A DNA stretch of 64,000 nt from an uncultured Phycisphaerales bacterium (GCA_963758525.1 CAVWVQ010000003.1:2272001-2336000); one strand, 5' to 3'. Positions 21,971 through 33,427 are shown, numbered from the stretch's first letter. Numbers and translations are program-made. The notes: generated by a model from the sequence alone, not told the origin.

Positions 21971-23716
21971 ATGAAACTCAGGCAATCATCTGTTGTATCC
22001 GCCGCGGCTGCCGTCGTTGTGGTCCTGCTGGAGGGGGTCGCCGGCGCAACCACGACCGGTCCGCTGATCAACGTGAACATCCTCGGAACCACCAGCGCGA
22101 CCAACGCATCCAACGGAGTTTACTCATCTAACGTGCCGGTCTCAGCGAATCAGACCGTCTACTTCGAGGTGACCGCGCAACTGGCCCCGATCGGAACCAC
22201 CCAACACAGCAACACCATCAACACACTGACGGCGCACCCGACTGCGACTACCACCGGTTACGATGGGTTGGACTCGTTTAGCTTTAATCTCTCCGATGCC
22301 GGTTCATTTGCCGGAGCTTTTCAGCAAAACTCGCTAACACTTTCCACCTCGCCCGACAATTGGGCGAATCTCGGATCCTCGCCCGGCACCGCAAATGGCG
22401 CGACGGTGAGCGCTGTCCGCGATCAGGACAACGCCGGCGTCTACGCTGGCGCAACTTCACCCACCGTCTTGCTTACCGGCTCCTTCGTCACCAACTCAAC
22501 GGTCGGGGGAATCTCAACCGTCGGCGGCGCCTTTGGCTCGGTTTCGAGCACGTTTCAGATTAATACCAATCCGAGCACCGGCCTGACCGGCACGAAAATC
22601 ACAATCGGCGCCAACGACGTTAACCATTACTCGGGCTTTACCGGCCTTTCGCTCAACGGAGGCGCGCTGAACTGGGATGGAGCAACCAACGCGAATTGGA
22701 GCACCCTCACCAGCGATACCAACTTCAGCTCTCTGAACTATACCGACGGGAGCACCGTGTCGTTCGGCGACTACGCCACGAACGGAACGACGGCCGTTAA
22801 GAACACCAATCCGATTACCATTGCCACCGGCGGTGTTCTCCCCGCGTCGGTGACGTTCAACAACGGCGCCGCCAACACCTACCGTTTCACCACTGCCGGA
22901 ACTGTCGGCATCGGCGGTTCAGCCACCACCGTCGCAGTTAATGGCCCGGGAAACGTGATCTTTGCTTCTCCGAACACCTACGCAGGCGCTACCACCATCA
23001 GCGGGGGAACTCTTCGGGCCAACAATGGAAGCAGCGGCTCAGCGACCGGAACCAGCAATATCACGCTCAGCGGCGGAGCCCTGGGAGGCAACGGGACGGT
23101 GACGGGCACCGTTACGGTCAACTCCGGCGGCACGATCACCGCCGGGCAGGACGCGGTTACTCCCGGCAAGCTCACAACCGGAGCCCAAGCCTGGAACGGC
23201 GGAGGGACCTATCTTGCGAAAATCACAGATGCCACGGGGACCGAGGGCAATGCCGACGGAAACGATGAGCTGTCGCTTGGCTCGCTGACCGTTGGCGCGA
23301 CGAATCAATCCCAGTTTAAAGTGACGCTGCAGAGCTTCACGATCGGGTCCCCGGACACGGCGGGAGCCGTCTCCCACTTCTCCCCCACTTCGAGCTACAC
23401 CTGGAAGATCGCGGAAATCAACGGGACGACGCTCAACAGCAGCACCTCTGTCCCGGCCGTTCTGGCAACGACCAACGCGGACGGGACGCCTGCCGTCAGT
23501 TCGACGGCTTTCGCCTTGGACACGTCTGATTTCGCAAACAGGAATTCTGCCGTCGGGACCTTCGCGCTGGAGGCAATTGACAACGGCAGTTCCGACACCC
23601 TCGAGGTTCTCTACACTTACAATTCCACGCCCGAGCCGGGCGCCTGCATGCTGCTCCTTATCGGCAGTGTGCCCACGATCCTCGGCCGGCGGCGACGCAA
23701 ATCAATCGTCGCCTAG
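21971..23716 (+). CDS. PEP-CTERM protein with autotransporter-associated beta-strand repeat
   Basis: Signal peptide; NTYAGATTISGGTL; YNSTPEPG+TM+RRRRK. Confidence 0.9.
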   Translation: MKLRQSSVVSAAAAVVVVLLEGVAGATTTGPLINVNILGTTSATNASNGVYSSNVPVSANQTVYFEVTAQLAPIGTTQHSNTINTLTAHPTATTTGYDGLDSFSFNLSDAGSFAGAFQQNSLTLSTSPDNWANLGSSPGTANGATVSAVRDQDNAGVYAGATSPTVLLTGSFVTNSTVGGISTVGGAFGSVSSTFQINTNPSTGLTGTKITIGANDVNHYSGFTGLSLNGGALNWDGATNANWSTLTSDTNFSSLNYTDGSTVSFGDYATNGTTAVKNTNPITIATGGVLPASVTFNNGAANTYRFTTAGTVGIGGSATTVAVNGPGNVIFASPNTYAGATTISGGTLRANNGSSGSATGTSNITLSGGALGGNGTVTGTVTVNSGGTITAGQDAVTPGKLTTGAQAWNGGGTYLAKITDATGTEGNADGNDELSLGSLTVGATNQSQFKVTLQSFTIGSPDTAGAVSHFSPTSSYTWKIAEINGTTLNSSTSVPAVLATTNADGTPAVSSTAFALDTSDFANRNSAVGTFALEAIDNGSSDTLEVLYTYNSTPEPGACMLLLIGSVPTILGRRRRKSIVA

Positions 23717-23797
23717 CGAGGGCGGGCGACGATCGTCACTGTGGGTCCTTTTGATGTATCCGCTCGCCGCTGCGATTTCCGAGGGGTGAGTGGAGAG

Positions 23798-23894
23798 TGA
23801 AGGGTAAGAAGGGGGGCCTGTGAGAGGCGAAGAGCCCGTAGCGGGTCTGTAAGGGGTCAATGCCGAATGGGCCCAACGGCGCGCCGGAGCCTGA
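23798..23894. repeat. ~100-bp dispersed repeat, copy 2
   Basis: Matches 8774-8873. Confidence 0.85.
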
Positions 23895-24148
23895 AGGCCG
23901 CGGGATACGAGGTCCCCAAGGGAGGCGGCGCGCACCACCACACGATTGAATCGCTCAAGCTCACGATTAGTGATGACGGCACGATCGTGAAGCCCTTGCA
24001 GGCCTTTCGCGCCAAACGCGCTGGCGGAAATGATGAGACGACCGGAGTGGCGAGCGATGCTGAGGTAAACGAATTGCGATTACTCGCTGTCAACTTGCGA
24101 GATCAGGTGATCGCCTGGTTGAAGAAAGAGCATTCGGCTCTCCTGTGA
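23891..24148 (+). pseudogene. 5'-truncated HEPN-like domain fragment
   Basis: LKAAGYEVPKGGGAHHHTIESLKLTI...FRAKR...WLKKEHSALL; no start of its own. Confidence 0.55.
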
Positions 24149-24181
24149 GAAGTCGGCAAAAGGGCGCGACTCAGCGCAGCT

Positions 24182-25360
24182 TCAATCCGATGGCTCTGTC
24201 GTCGGCGAGTTCCCCAGGATTTGCCGGCGCAACGCATCCGCCGCGGCTTCGGCGGCGGGTCCGCGCAGAGCGGGATCGAACGCCACCGATCGCCCGAGCA
24301 CTTTCTCCAGCGCCCGCAGCGCCGCGGGCTTGATGCCGGGCGCATCGATCTCCAGGCAATCGAGCAGGAAATCCGGGTCGCGCAGAGCCGCGGACCGGTC
24401 CTGCACCTTGGCCCTCCGCCCCTGTGCGATGACGTCCATGAGTGCGGTCTGCTGCTGCGGCGTCATCGTGGAGAGATCCATCCTCATCGCCGCGAGAATC
24501 CCGCGGCCTCCCATGGCCCGGATCCGGTCGGTCGCGGCGTTCCGCTCCGCCGGCACCGTGGAATCCAATGCCGGCAGCAGCGATCCGAGCTCCCGCGCGG
24601 AGGCTTCATCCGCGGGTATCTCCGGGAAGACCTCATAGAGGTCGCTCACCCCCGGCAGCATCCGCGACGTATCGGTCAGCTTGCCGAGCACCGGCAGCAG
24701 AAACTTGCGGTATTCCGCCGGGTGTTCGTTTCTGAGCTGCCCGAGATTGCGGGCGGTGAAGGTCAGGTGCGTCGATCGCGGCAACACGCCAGAATCGATG
24801 TCGTTCACGGCGAGCGTCGTGTCGGCCGGGCCCTCGCTGAAATTGATGCGTTGCTCGAGCGATTCCGCGGAGAGGGAAATGGAGTGCGGGTTGACGTTGA
24901 GATACGTGGCCCAGATCGCCTGGGGGTCCTTCTGATCGAAGTCGTAGCGGTTGAGAAGAAGCATCGGCCTGGGACGCGCGGCGCGAGGTCCCCGTGTCTC
25001 CTTTGCCAGCACCAACCACATTCCGCCGGAGTCGCTGACGTTGATGCGCGTGAGTTGCGGCGCATCAAATCCGCCAATCTCCACCGCGAGCCGTCCCTGC
25101 TCCACGAAGACGCGCGCCACCGCATCCCGGTGCAGCGTGGCGGTGACGGTCATCGAATTGCACTCGTCCTGGGCGTCACGTTCGTTCTGACGCTGCTGGT
25201 CGAGAAAGCTGGGGGCGGACGTGGCGGGATTCGTGGCCGGCGTTTTGTGCGACGCGAAAACCGCCGATTCCTGATTGATCAGGAAAAAGCCGCCGAGGGC
25301 AATCGCGGCCGCGCCCGCGCCATCGGCGCGCGACGTCGCGTTGCAAAAGATCGGCAGCAA
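24182..25360 (-). CDS. Hypothetical protein, C-terminal HEAT-like helices (start uncertain)
   Basis: Long ORF with protein-like composition and an N-terminal hydrophobic segment. Confidence 0.7.
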   Translation of the reverse strand: MLPIFCNATSRADGAGAAAIALGGFFLINQESAVFASHKTPATNPATSAPSFLDQQRQNERDAQDECNSMTVTATLHRDAVARVFVEQGRLAVEIGGFDAPQLTRINVSDSGGMWLVLAKETRGPRAARPRPMLLLNRYDFDQKDPQAIWATYLNVNPHSISLSAESLEQRINFSEGPADTTLAVNDIDSGVLPRSTHLTFTARNLGQLRNEHPAEYRKFLLPVLGKLTDTSRMLPGVSDLYEVFPEIPADEASARELGSLLPALDSTVPAERNAATDRIRAMGGRGILAAMRMDLSTMTPQQQTALMDVIAQGRRAKVQDRSAALRDPDFLLDCLEIDAPGIKPAALRALEKVLGRSVAFDPALRGPAAEAAADALRRQILGNSPTTEPSD

Positions 25361-25402
25361 CCTATCTCGGCCCGCTTTGGCAAGAACAATGGAAAGCAGG
25401 GT

Positions 25403-25762
25403 CTAATGCTGCTTGATCTGTTCCAGACCTTTTTGAACGGTGTTGCTGACATCGCCAGCTTTTTCTTTCACGGTGTCGAGATCCGCCTTCACGGTCGCCC
25501 GATTGAACCAGTGGCTGAAAGCGCCAGTATAGATGGTCGTGCCGTTCTGTTGCACATCAACCCAGAGGTACCGGTCGTTAAACTGGACGTTGTTGACGAA
25601 GCTCTCGGCCTGCATTTTGTCCCAGCCGGCGGAGAAGAAGTTGGTGTCGCCCTTGGTTGACTGCTGCACCACGTAATTCTCGAAGTCCGCCTTTGACGGA
25701 CGGGTGAAAAACGCCGCTCCGCACAATGCCACGAGGAGAACAAAGATAATGAGGCTCTTCAT
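25403..25762 (-). CDS. Small membrane-anchored protein (DUF4359-like)
   Basis: TM helix followed by TRPSKADF; TATAAT 6 nt before ATG. Confidence 0.7.
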   Translation of the reverse strand: MKSLIIFVLLVALCGAAFFTRPSKADFENYVVQQSTKGDTNFFSAGWDKMQAESFVNNVQFNDRYLWVDVQQNGTTIYTGAFSHWFNRATVKADLDTVKEKAGDVSNTVQKGLEQIKQH

Positions 25763-25885
25763 GCCCGCATTATATAAGCCTGGGCGATGGAGTGGCATGA
25801 GAGGTTTGCGGAATTTTTATATCGATCCTCCTTGCGTTGCAATTTCCCCGCCATCCGCGATAACCGCTCCGCTGACATCCGTACC

Positions 25886-27160
25886 ATGCACGCATCGCTG
25901 TCCCAGCCATCCGAGAAGCTTCGTCGCCCGCGCGGCTCGGCAGACATACGCGTGCTGTTCATCACTGAGTTTATCACCTCGGCCGGGGCGAACTTTCTGC
26001 AGGTCGGCATTTTTTTCTATACCGCCCACCGCTTTCAATGGACGCTGCGGAGCAACTTTCTTCTCGCCGCGATGCAGGGCGTTGCCTATGTGCTGGGCGC
26101 GATGAACGCCAATCGGCTCACGCGCGTCTGGTCGCGCCGCGCTGCGCTGACGCGGATTTATTTCAGTATGTCGGTCGTGGCACTGCTCGGCGCGGCGCTG
26201 CCGTATTCGGCGGTCCTGGCAGTGCTGCTGCCGGTCTATTCCGGCATTGCCGCCATGAGCTGGCCCATCCTGGAAAGCCTGGTTTCCGAGGGGCTGGACA
26301 GCGAAGACCTCAGCCGGCGAATCGCCATTTACAACCTGATTTGGTCCGCTGCCGGAGCGGGGGTGCTTGCCGTCAACGGAGTCATCATTGAGCGCTTCAG
26401 CGGCGGCGTGTTTGCGTTTCCCGCGATACTCCACGGGGTCGGCATGATGCTCATCCGCCGGACCTCCCGCACCAATTCCGACCCTGCCCCAGTTTCGGTG
26501 CATTCCGATGAGTCGCACGCGCACGCGATGCCCGTCGAGCCCGAACTGCTTCGTCTCCGCACCACCGCGTTATGGCTTTCGCGCGTTGCGCTGCCCGCCA
26601 CATATGTGCTCATCTACAGCCTCATGGCGCTCATGCCGTCGCTCCCCGTCTTTCGAACCCTCGATCCGGCGCGCCAGACGCTCGTCGGCAGCACCTGGAT
26701 GGCCACGCGCTTGCTCGCCTTTCTTCTGCTGGGGATGACAAACTGGTGGCACACACGCCCCCGCATTCTGATCGCAGCGGCCTGGCTCATGCTTATCGCG
26801 TTTCTCGCAACGGTAATCCGCCCGTCCGATCTCCTGGGCCATGGAACGCAGTCCACCGATCTGCTGGCGATGATTCTGTCGCAGATTCTGCTCGGCTTCG
26901 CGCTGGGACTGATCTATGCTGCGAGCCTTTACTTCGGCATGGTGCTCAGCGAAGGAAGCACGGAGCATGGCGGTTATCACGAGGCATTGATCGGTCTGGG
27001 ATCCGTGCTCGGCCCAGGAGCCGGTGCGATCGCGCAATGGCTGCGGCCGGGAAACGTGCGGGCGGGCATCATCGCGGTTGGGGGCGTGATCACCGCCAGT
27101 GTGCTTGCCGTTGGCGTTACGGCGGCGATCATTCGGCTGAAGAAGCGGAAGCTGAGCTAA
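25886..27160 (+). CDS. MFS transporter
   Basis: About 12 hydrophobic segments in two halves. Confidence 0.85.
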   Translation: MHASLSQPSEKLRRPRGSADIRVLFITEFITSAGANFLQVGIFFYTAHRFQWTLRSNFLLAAMQGVAYVLGAMNANRLTRVWSRRAALTRIYFSMSVVALLGAALPYSAVLAVLLPVYSGIAAMSWPILESLVSEGLDSEDLSRRIAIYNLIWSAAGAGVLAVNGVIIERFSGGVFAFPAILHGVGMMLIRRTSRTNSDPAPVSVHSDESHAHAMPVEPELLRLRTTALWLSRVALPATYVLIYSLMALMPSLPVFRTLDPARQTLVGSTWMATRLLAFLLLGMTNWWHTRPRILIAAAWLMLIAFLATVIRPSDLLGHGTQSTDLLAMILSQILLGFALGLIYAASLYFGMVLSEGSTEHGGYHEALIGLGSVLGPGAGAIAQWLRPGNVRAGIIAVGGVITASVLAVGVTAAIIRLKKRKLS

Positions 27161-27161
27161 T

Positions 27162-28727
27162 ATGACGGCTATGACGACGGAATCTCGACCGACTCAAATC
27201 CGCTGGCGTTGGGCCGCTCTCACTCTCGGCATCGCGGCGCTGGCGCTGCTCGTGGTCCAAACCACCGATCGCATTGAGGGAAACTTCAAGTTTCCGGCGA
27301 GCCTGCTCGTGCTGGCGCTGACAGGGCTTGCACTCACCATCTGGATGCTGCTCAGCGGAATCCCGCTTCGCACAAAAATGCTCATCGTATGCGGCGTCCT
27401 GCTGATCCTCATTGGCGGCGGCGTGTTCATCCGAACGTTTCTCAAAATGCAGGGCTCGTTCACCGGCGCCGGCGTCCCGCGACTGGTCTGGAAATCCACC
27501 CCGCCGCCCGATGCCGCGCTGGCGCCGGCGGCCGTGCCAGCGCAATCCGCCGCGGTCAGCCTGGTCGCGACGAGCAACGACTGGCCGCAGTTTCTCGGTC
27601 CACAACGCAGCAATGTCGTCGACGACCCCGGCCTCTCCACCGATTGGGCAACGCATCCTCCCAAACAACTCTGGCGGCAGCCGATCGGAGCCGGATGGGG
27701 TTCGTTTGCAATCGTGAACGGCTTTGCGATTACCCAGGAACAACGCGGCCCGCGGGAACTGATCACCTGTCTCGAAGCTCGCACCGGGGCCGTCCGCTGG
27801 CAGCACGCCAACACCACGCGCTTCAGCGAAGGCATGGGAGGCGACGGGCCGCGCACCACGCCGACGATCCTTGACGGCCGGGTCTACGTGACGGGCGCCA
27901 CCGGCATTCTCGATTGCCTCGACGGCGCAACCGGCAACGTCATCTGGTCGCGAAACATCCTGACGGATTTCCATTCCAAGAATCTGACGTGGGGCAAGAG
28001 CTGTTCGCCGCTGATTGTCGGTCAACTCGTCATCGTCACGGGCGGCGATTCACCCGGACCGTCGGTCCTCGCATTTGACAAACAGAGCGGAAAGCCGGTC
28101 TGGAACTCCGGGACAGATCAATCTGCCTACTGCTCTGCGGCGATTGCGACCATCGCCGGCTGGCGCGAAGTGGTGGTCGTAAACGCCCACAGCGTGAGCG
28201 GCTGCGATGTGAATGATGGCGCCCAACTCTGGTCTTATTCCTGGCCCGGCAACTGGCCGAAAGTCTCGCAAGCTCTCGCCTTTGACGGCGATCGCGTTTT
28301 TATCTCTGCCGGATATGGTCTTGGCTGCGCGATGCTGCACCTCTCCACCACCCCGCACGGCGGCCAATCCGTTTCGCTGCTGTGGAACAATCGCAAACTC
28401 AAGACCGAATTCACCAACATCGCCGCCAAAGACAATTTCATTTACGGGCTCGATGACGGCGTCCTCACCTGCCTCGATTCCAGCACCGGTACGCGAAATT
28501 GGCGCGACGGAAGTTACGGCCACGGCCAACTCTTTCGGGCCGGCAACCTGCTGATCGTCCAGGCCGAGTCCGGCGACATTGCCCTCGTCGAGGCGATTCC
28601 GCAACGATATCACGAGCTTGCGACGTTCACCGCCCTCACCAGCAAAACCTGGAACAACCCCGCCCTGTCCGGGCATCTGTTGCTGGTTCGCAACGACCGC
28701 GAAGCGGCGTGTTATGAACTGCCGTGA
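27162..28727 (+). CDS. PQQ-binding-like beta-propeller protein with N-terminal TM helices
   Basis: DWPQFLGPQR, LWRQPIGAGWGS, GPRTTP, WNNPALSG. Confidence 0.9.
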   Translation: MTAMTTESRPTQIRWRWAALTLGIAALALLVVQTTDRIEGNFKFPASLLVLALTGLALTIWMLLSGIPLRTKMLIVCGVLLILIGGGVFIRTFLKMQGSFTGAGVPRLVWKSTPPPDAALAPAAVPAQSAAVSLVATSNDWPQFLGPQRSNVVDDPGLSTDWATHPPKQLWRQPIGAGWGSFAIVNGFAITQEQRGPRELITCLEARTGAVRWQHANTTRFSEGMGGDGPRTTPTILDGRVYVTGATGILDCLDGATGNVIWSRNILTDFHSKNLTWGKSCSPLIVGQLVIVTGGDSPGPSVLAFDKQSGKPVWNSGTDQSAYCSAAIATIAGWREVVVVNAHSVSGCDVNDGAQLWSYSWPGNWPKVSQALAFDGDRVFISAGYGLGCAMLHLSTTPHGGQSVSLLWNNRKLKTEFTNIAAKDNFIYGLDDGVLTCLDSSTGTRNWRDGSYGHGQLFRAGNLLIVQAESGDIALVEAIPQRYHELATFTALTSKTWNNPALSGHLLLVRNDREAACYELP

Positions 28728-28789
28728 GGAACGCGGTCCAACAGGCCACGGTGACGGCGATTGGCGGAACGCCAAGTCGCCGGTTGCCC

Positions 28790-29131
28790 TCACGCATCTT
28801 CAATCCGATGAAGAATCGCGGGAAGATCCCGAGCGCCGTGGATGATGGCAATGATTTGAATGCCGTCGGTGACTGGGCGATAGAAAATAACGTAGTCATT
28901 AAAGCGGCGTGAGATTGAAGTGACTCGCAAATTCTTCATCGCAGCAATCGGAGAATTCCACCTTCGGCCGATACCGGGCATTTGGAGAATCAGATCGAAC
29001 GCCTGTCGTGATTCTTCGAGAAAGCGCCGAGCGGTGGTTTCGTTTCGTTGGACGTAATACTCGTAAATGTCGATGAGGTCCTGCTTGGCTCGCTCGTGCT
29101 TGAAGAGGCGCCCCCGGTTTCGCCATTTCAT
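28790..29131 (-). CDS. parE: ParE-family toxin
   Basis: AKQDLIDIYEY...PGIGR...YVIFYRP...IIHGARDL; ATGA overlap with the antitoxin. Confidence 0.9.
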   Translation of the reverse strand: MKWRNRGRLFKHERAKQDLIDIYEYYVQRNETTARRFLEESRQAFDLILQMPGIGRRWNSPIAAMKNLRVTSISRRFNDYVIFYRPVTDGIQIIAIIHGARDLPAILHRIEDA

Positions 29132-29388
29132 GGACGCGCCTTTTTGCGAGCCCGCTTTTGGCCCGCGTTGCGGATATCGTCCCAGTCGCGGTCGGTCATT
29201 TCCGTAAGCGGTGTCTGCATCGCTTCGACCAATGTTTGATCCAGCTGGACGCAAACAGCCTTCTCGCGTTCGCGCCGAATGATGTCTTGCACGAACTCGC
29301 TGGCAGTGCCGAAGCCGCGCGTTTCGACCTGGGCTTGCACCCACTGCCGCAACACGGCCGGAAGTGAGATATTCATCGATGAGCGCAT
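29128..29388 (-). CDS. parD: ParD-family antitoxin
   Basis: MNISLPAVLRQWVQAQVETRGFGTASEFVQDIIRRE (RHH). Confidence 0.9.
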   Translation of the reverse strand: MRSSMNISLPAVLRQWVQAQVETRGFGTASEFVQDIIRREREKAVCVQLDQTLVEAMQTPLTEMTDRDWDDIRNAGQKRARKKARP

Positions 29389-29521
29389 GAAAACAGTGTA
29401 CTCATCCGCGCGCTGCTGCTGCAAGTACTGCTACAAAGGTGCCGAAAGCGCAATGATATGTGATCAAGTGGGTCGGTCGTCCGCGTAGTGGACTACCGCA
29501 CGCATGAGTGTGCCCGTTCGA

Positions 29522-29785
29522 TTAACTCTGATGCCTCCGGCCCGCCGAGCCGGCCCGGCCGGCTTTGCGAATGTCGTCCCAGTTTGCGTCGGTCATCTCT
29601 GAGACCAGCGACTGCATCGCGCCGCTGACTCTCTGATCGCGTTGGCGGATTATTTCCTTTTCCCGCTCACGTCGAATGATGTCGCTGATGAATTCGCCGC
29701 AACTCCCAAACCCGCGCCGAGCCGCCTGGTCTTCGGCCCATTGCGATAAAACCGGGGAAAGCGATACGGTCATGCTGGCATCCAT
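29522..29785 (-). CDS. Second ParD-like antitoxin paralog
   Basis: MTVSLSPVLSQWAEDQAARRGFGSCGEFISDIIRRE...EMTDANWDDIR. Confidence 0.8.
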   Translation of the reverse strand: MDASMTVSLSPVLSQWAEDQAARRGFGSCGEFISDIIRREREKEIIRQRDQRVSGAMQSLVSEMTDANWDDIRKAGRAGSAGRRHQS

Positions 29786-29843
29786 GCGAGGAGTATAGCT
29801 GGCCTTCCCGGCAATATCAGAAATTGCCTGACTCTGCGCCAGC

Positions 29844-29892
29844 TTGACATGGGGGCATACCGCTGCAACAATCCATCCGGATAGAGCGATGG
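29844..29892 (+). promoter_or_regulatory. Promoter and candidate SahR-type operator
   Basis: TTGACA-17-AACAAT, then the 20-bp CCATC-N10-GATGG palindrome overlapping the ATG. Confidence 0.55.
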
Positions 29893-30866
29893 TTGAACAG
29901 CTTTCCCAACCCGATTCCCTTCTCGCCTGGATGGGATGTCTTGCCGATGCCACCCGGCTGCGTCTGCTGCGCCTGCTGGAGCGTAACGAGTTGGGGGTGG
30001 CGGAGTTATGCGACGTGTTGCAGCTGCCGCAATCGACGGTCTCCCGGCATCTCAAGGTGCTGGGTGACCAGCGATGGGTCAAGAGCCGCCGGCAGGGGAC
30101 GAACCATCTCTACCAGTTGTTGTTGGACGAACTCGAGCCTTCAGCCCGGCGACTTTGGCTTTTGGCGCGCGATCAGAGCGATCAGTGGCCCACGGCGCGG
30201 CACGATGCATCGCGCCTCCAGCGAGTTTTGGCGGAGCGGCAGTCCGACAGCCAGGCGTTCTTTGCCTCCACGGCCGAGCATTGGGACAAGCTCCGTGATG
30301 ACTTCTACGGACAAACTTTTACGACCCACGCGCTGCTGGCGCTGCTTCCCCCCGGATGCGTCATAGCCGACCTCGGTTGCGGCACCGGCCGCGCGACGGC
30401 GCTGCTGGCGCCCTATGCGGGCAAAGTGATCGGCGTCGATAACTCCGCCGCCATGCTAAAGGCCGCCCGCCGCAGAACAGCCGCCGCGACCAATGTCGAG
30501 CTTCGCCGCGGCGAGCTCGAGGAATTGCCCATCGATTCAGCGTCCTGTGACGCGGCCCTGCTCCTGCTGGGGCTGACATACATGAGCAATCCGCCGGCCG
30601 TGCTGCGCGAGTCGCATCGCGTGCTCCGCCCGGGCGGCCGGGCGGTTGTCGTCGATCTGCTGTCGCACGATCGCGATGACTTCCGCAAGCAGATGGATCA
30701 ACGCTGGCCCGGGTTCGCGCCGCCGAAAATGGAGGCGATGCTCCATGATGCCGGCTACGTCTCAATTGCGGTCCGGTCACTGCCCCCCGAAGCGAAAGTC
30801 AAGGGACCGGGGTTATTCTTGGCCACCGCGCTGCGCCCCGCCAACACTGGAGCCGCGATGCAGTGA
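29889..30866 (+). CDS. ArsR-HTH plus SAM-binding methyltransferase-fold regulator (SahR-like)
   Basis: LADATRLRLL...QSTVSRHLKVL; DLGCGTG; directly upstream of ahcY. Confidence 0.85.
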   Translation: MVEQLSQPDSLLAWMGCLADATRLRLLRLLERNELGVAELCDVLQLPQSTVSRHLKVLGDQRWVKSRRQGTNHLYQLLLDELEPSARRLWLLARDQSDQWPTARHDASRLQRVLAERQSDSQAFFASTAEHWDKLRDDFYGQTFTTHALLALLPPGCVIADLGCGTGRATALLAPYAGKVIGVDNSAAMLKAARRRTAAATNVELRRGELEELPIDSASCDAALLLLGLTYMSNPPAVLRESHRVLRPGGRAVVVDLLSHDRDDFRKQMDQRWPGFAPPKMEAMLHDAGYVSIAVRSLPPEAKVKGPGLFLATALRPANTGAAMQ

Positions 30867-30968
30867 TGCAACATTCGATGTCGATACAGAAGACTTACTT
30901 TCAAGTGTGAAACGAACCACGTAGGTTCCCAGGTTCAGAACCCTTTTTTCGATCAGGAGATATCGCCC

Positions 30969-32453
<1,485 letters not shown>

Positions 32454-32467
32454 GCAACGCACGGAAG

Positions 32468-32535
32468 AGGGTTCAGGGTGTCAGCGTTCAGGTTTCAGCA
32501 AACGGCTGATCTCCTGAAGCTGACGCCCCGAACCC
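32468..32535. repeat. Heptamer (TCAGGGT/ACCCTGA) repeat remnants in inverted arrangement
   Basis: AGGGTTCAGGGTGTCAGCGTTCAGG ... CCTGAAGCTGACGCCCCGAACCC. Confidence 0.7.
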
Positions 32536-32558
32536 ATATTCGAATTTTGGAAAAATGC

Positions 32559-32771
32559 ATGGAGATTGAAGATACCCTCAAGCGGGAATCGTATCGTGAC
32601 TTTAGTCTTGTCCAACTCGGTCAGCGGAACGCCACGACAACACGTTGGCACATCACCCGGAAAGAATCCGGAATGAACCGCAGCTACGGATTCGCAACAT
32701 CGGAGCATGACGCCAAGTCGAAGATTGACGATTTGCTCAAACGCAGATTGGAAGGAAGAGAGCCGGTCTAA
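32559..32771 (+). CDS. Small hypothetical protein
   Basis: 70-aa ORF in operon position before the MOSC gene. Confidence 0.6.
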   Translation: MEIEDTLKRESYRDFSLVQLGQRNATTTRWHITRKESGMNRSYGFATSEHDAKSKIDDLLKRRLEGREPV

Positions 32772-32773
32772 TC

Positions 32774-33427
32774 ATGCCGTCGGTTCTGTCGTTGCAGACG
32801 GGTCGCGTGTCGCCGCTCGGCCCGAAGGACGTGCCCAGCGCCTTCGTGAAGCGCCCCATCACCGGCAGCGTTCGCGCCCAAGTGCTCGGACTTGAGGGAG
32901 ATGAACAGGCAGACCACAGGGTGCATGGCGGACCTGACAAGGCTGTCTACTTCTACCCCTCCGAACATTACCCCAATTGGATTGCCGAGGCGCCGCAACA
33001 CGAACAGATTCTGACGCCGGGAGCATTCGGCGAAAACGTCACATCGGTCGGCCTCGACGAACAGACCATCGCGATCGGGGATGTTCTGGAGATCGGCTCT
33101 GCCCAAATGCAGGTCACCGAGCCGCGGCAGCCCTGCTTCAAACTCGCACTCCGCTTCAACGACAAGCTCCTGGGCCGGGCGATGATGCAAACCGGCCGGA
33201 CCGGCTGGTATGTCCGCGTGCTGAAAACCGGCGAACTGCGGGCCGGCGATCCCATCCGCATAGCCCGCCGCCCCAATCCGCACTGGACAATTGGCCGATT
33301 CAATCAGTTCATCATTGGGCGCTCGGCGTCCAATGAAGAATTGAGCCAGCTCCTCGAACTTGAGGGTCTTGCCGCCGACTGGCAGAAAAGCATCCGCGAG
33401 GCGCTGGCCACCCGCGACGGGGCCTGA
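32774..33427 (+). CDS. MOSC-domain protein (YiiM-like)
   Basis: GDEQAD..HGGPDKA, FGEN, PRQPCFKL, RTGWY. Confidence 0.93.
   Translation: MPSVLSLQTGRVSPLGPKDVPSAFVKRPITGSVRAQVLGLEGDEQADHRVHGGPDKAVYFYPSEHYPNWIAEAPQHEQILTPGAFGENVTSVGLDEQTIAIGDVLEIGSAQMQVTEPRQPCFKLALRFNDKLLGRAMMQTGRTGWYVRVLKTGELRAGDPIRIARRPNPHWTIGRFNQFIIGRSASNEELSQLLELEGLAADWQKSIREALATRDGA

Noticed and set aside
24221..25660. 479-aa plus-strand ORF and similar long overlapping ORFs (e.g. 35147-36190, 45684-46913)
   Set aside because: Antisense to better-supported genes; no motifs
30867..30968. SAH or SAM riboswitch before ahcY
   Set aside because: No recognisable consensus; a protein regulator is adjacent
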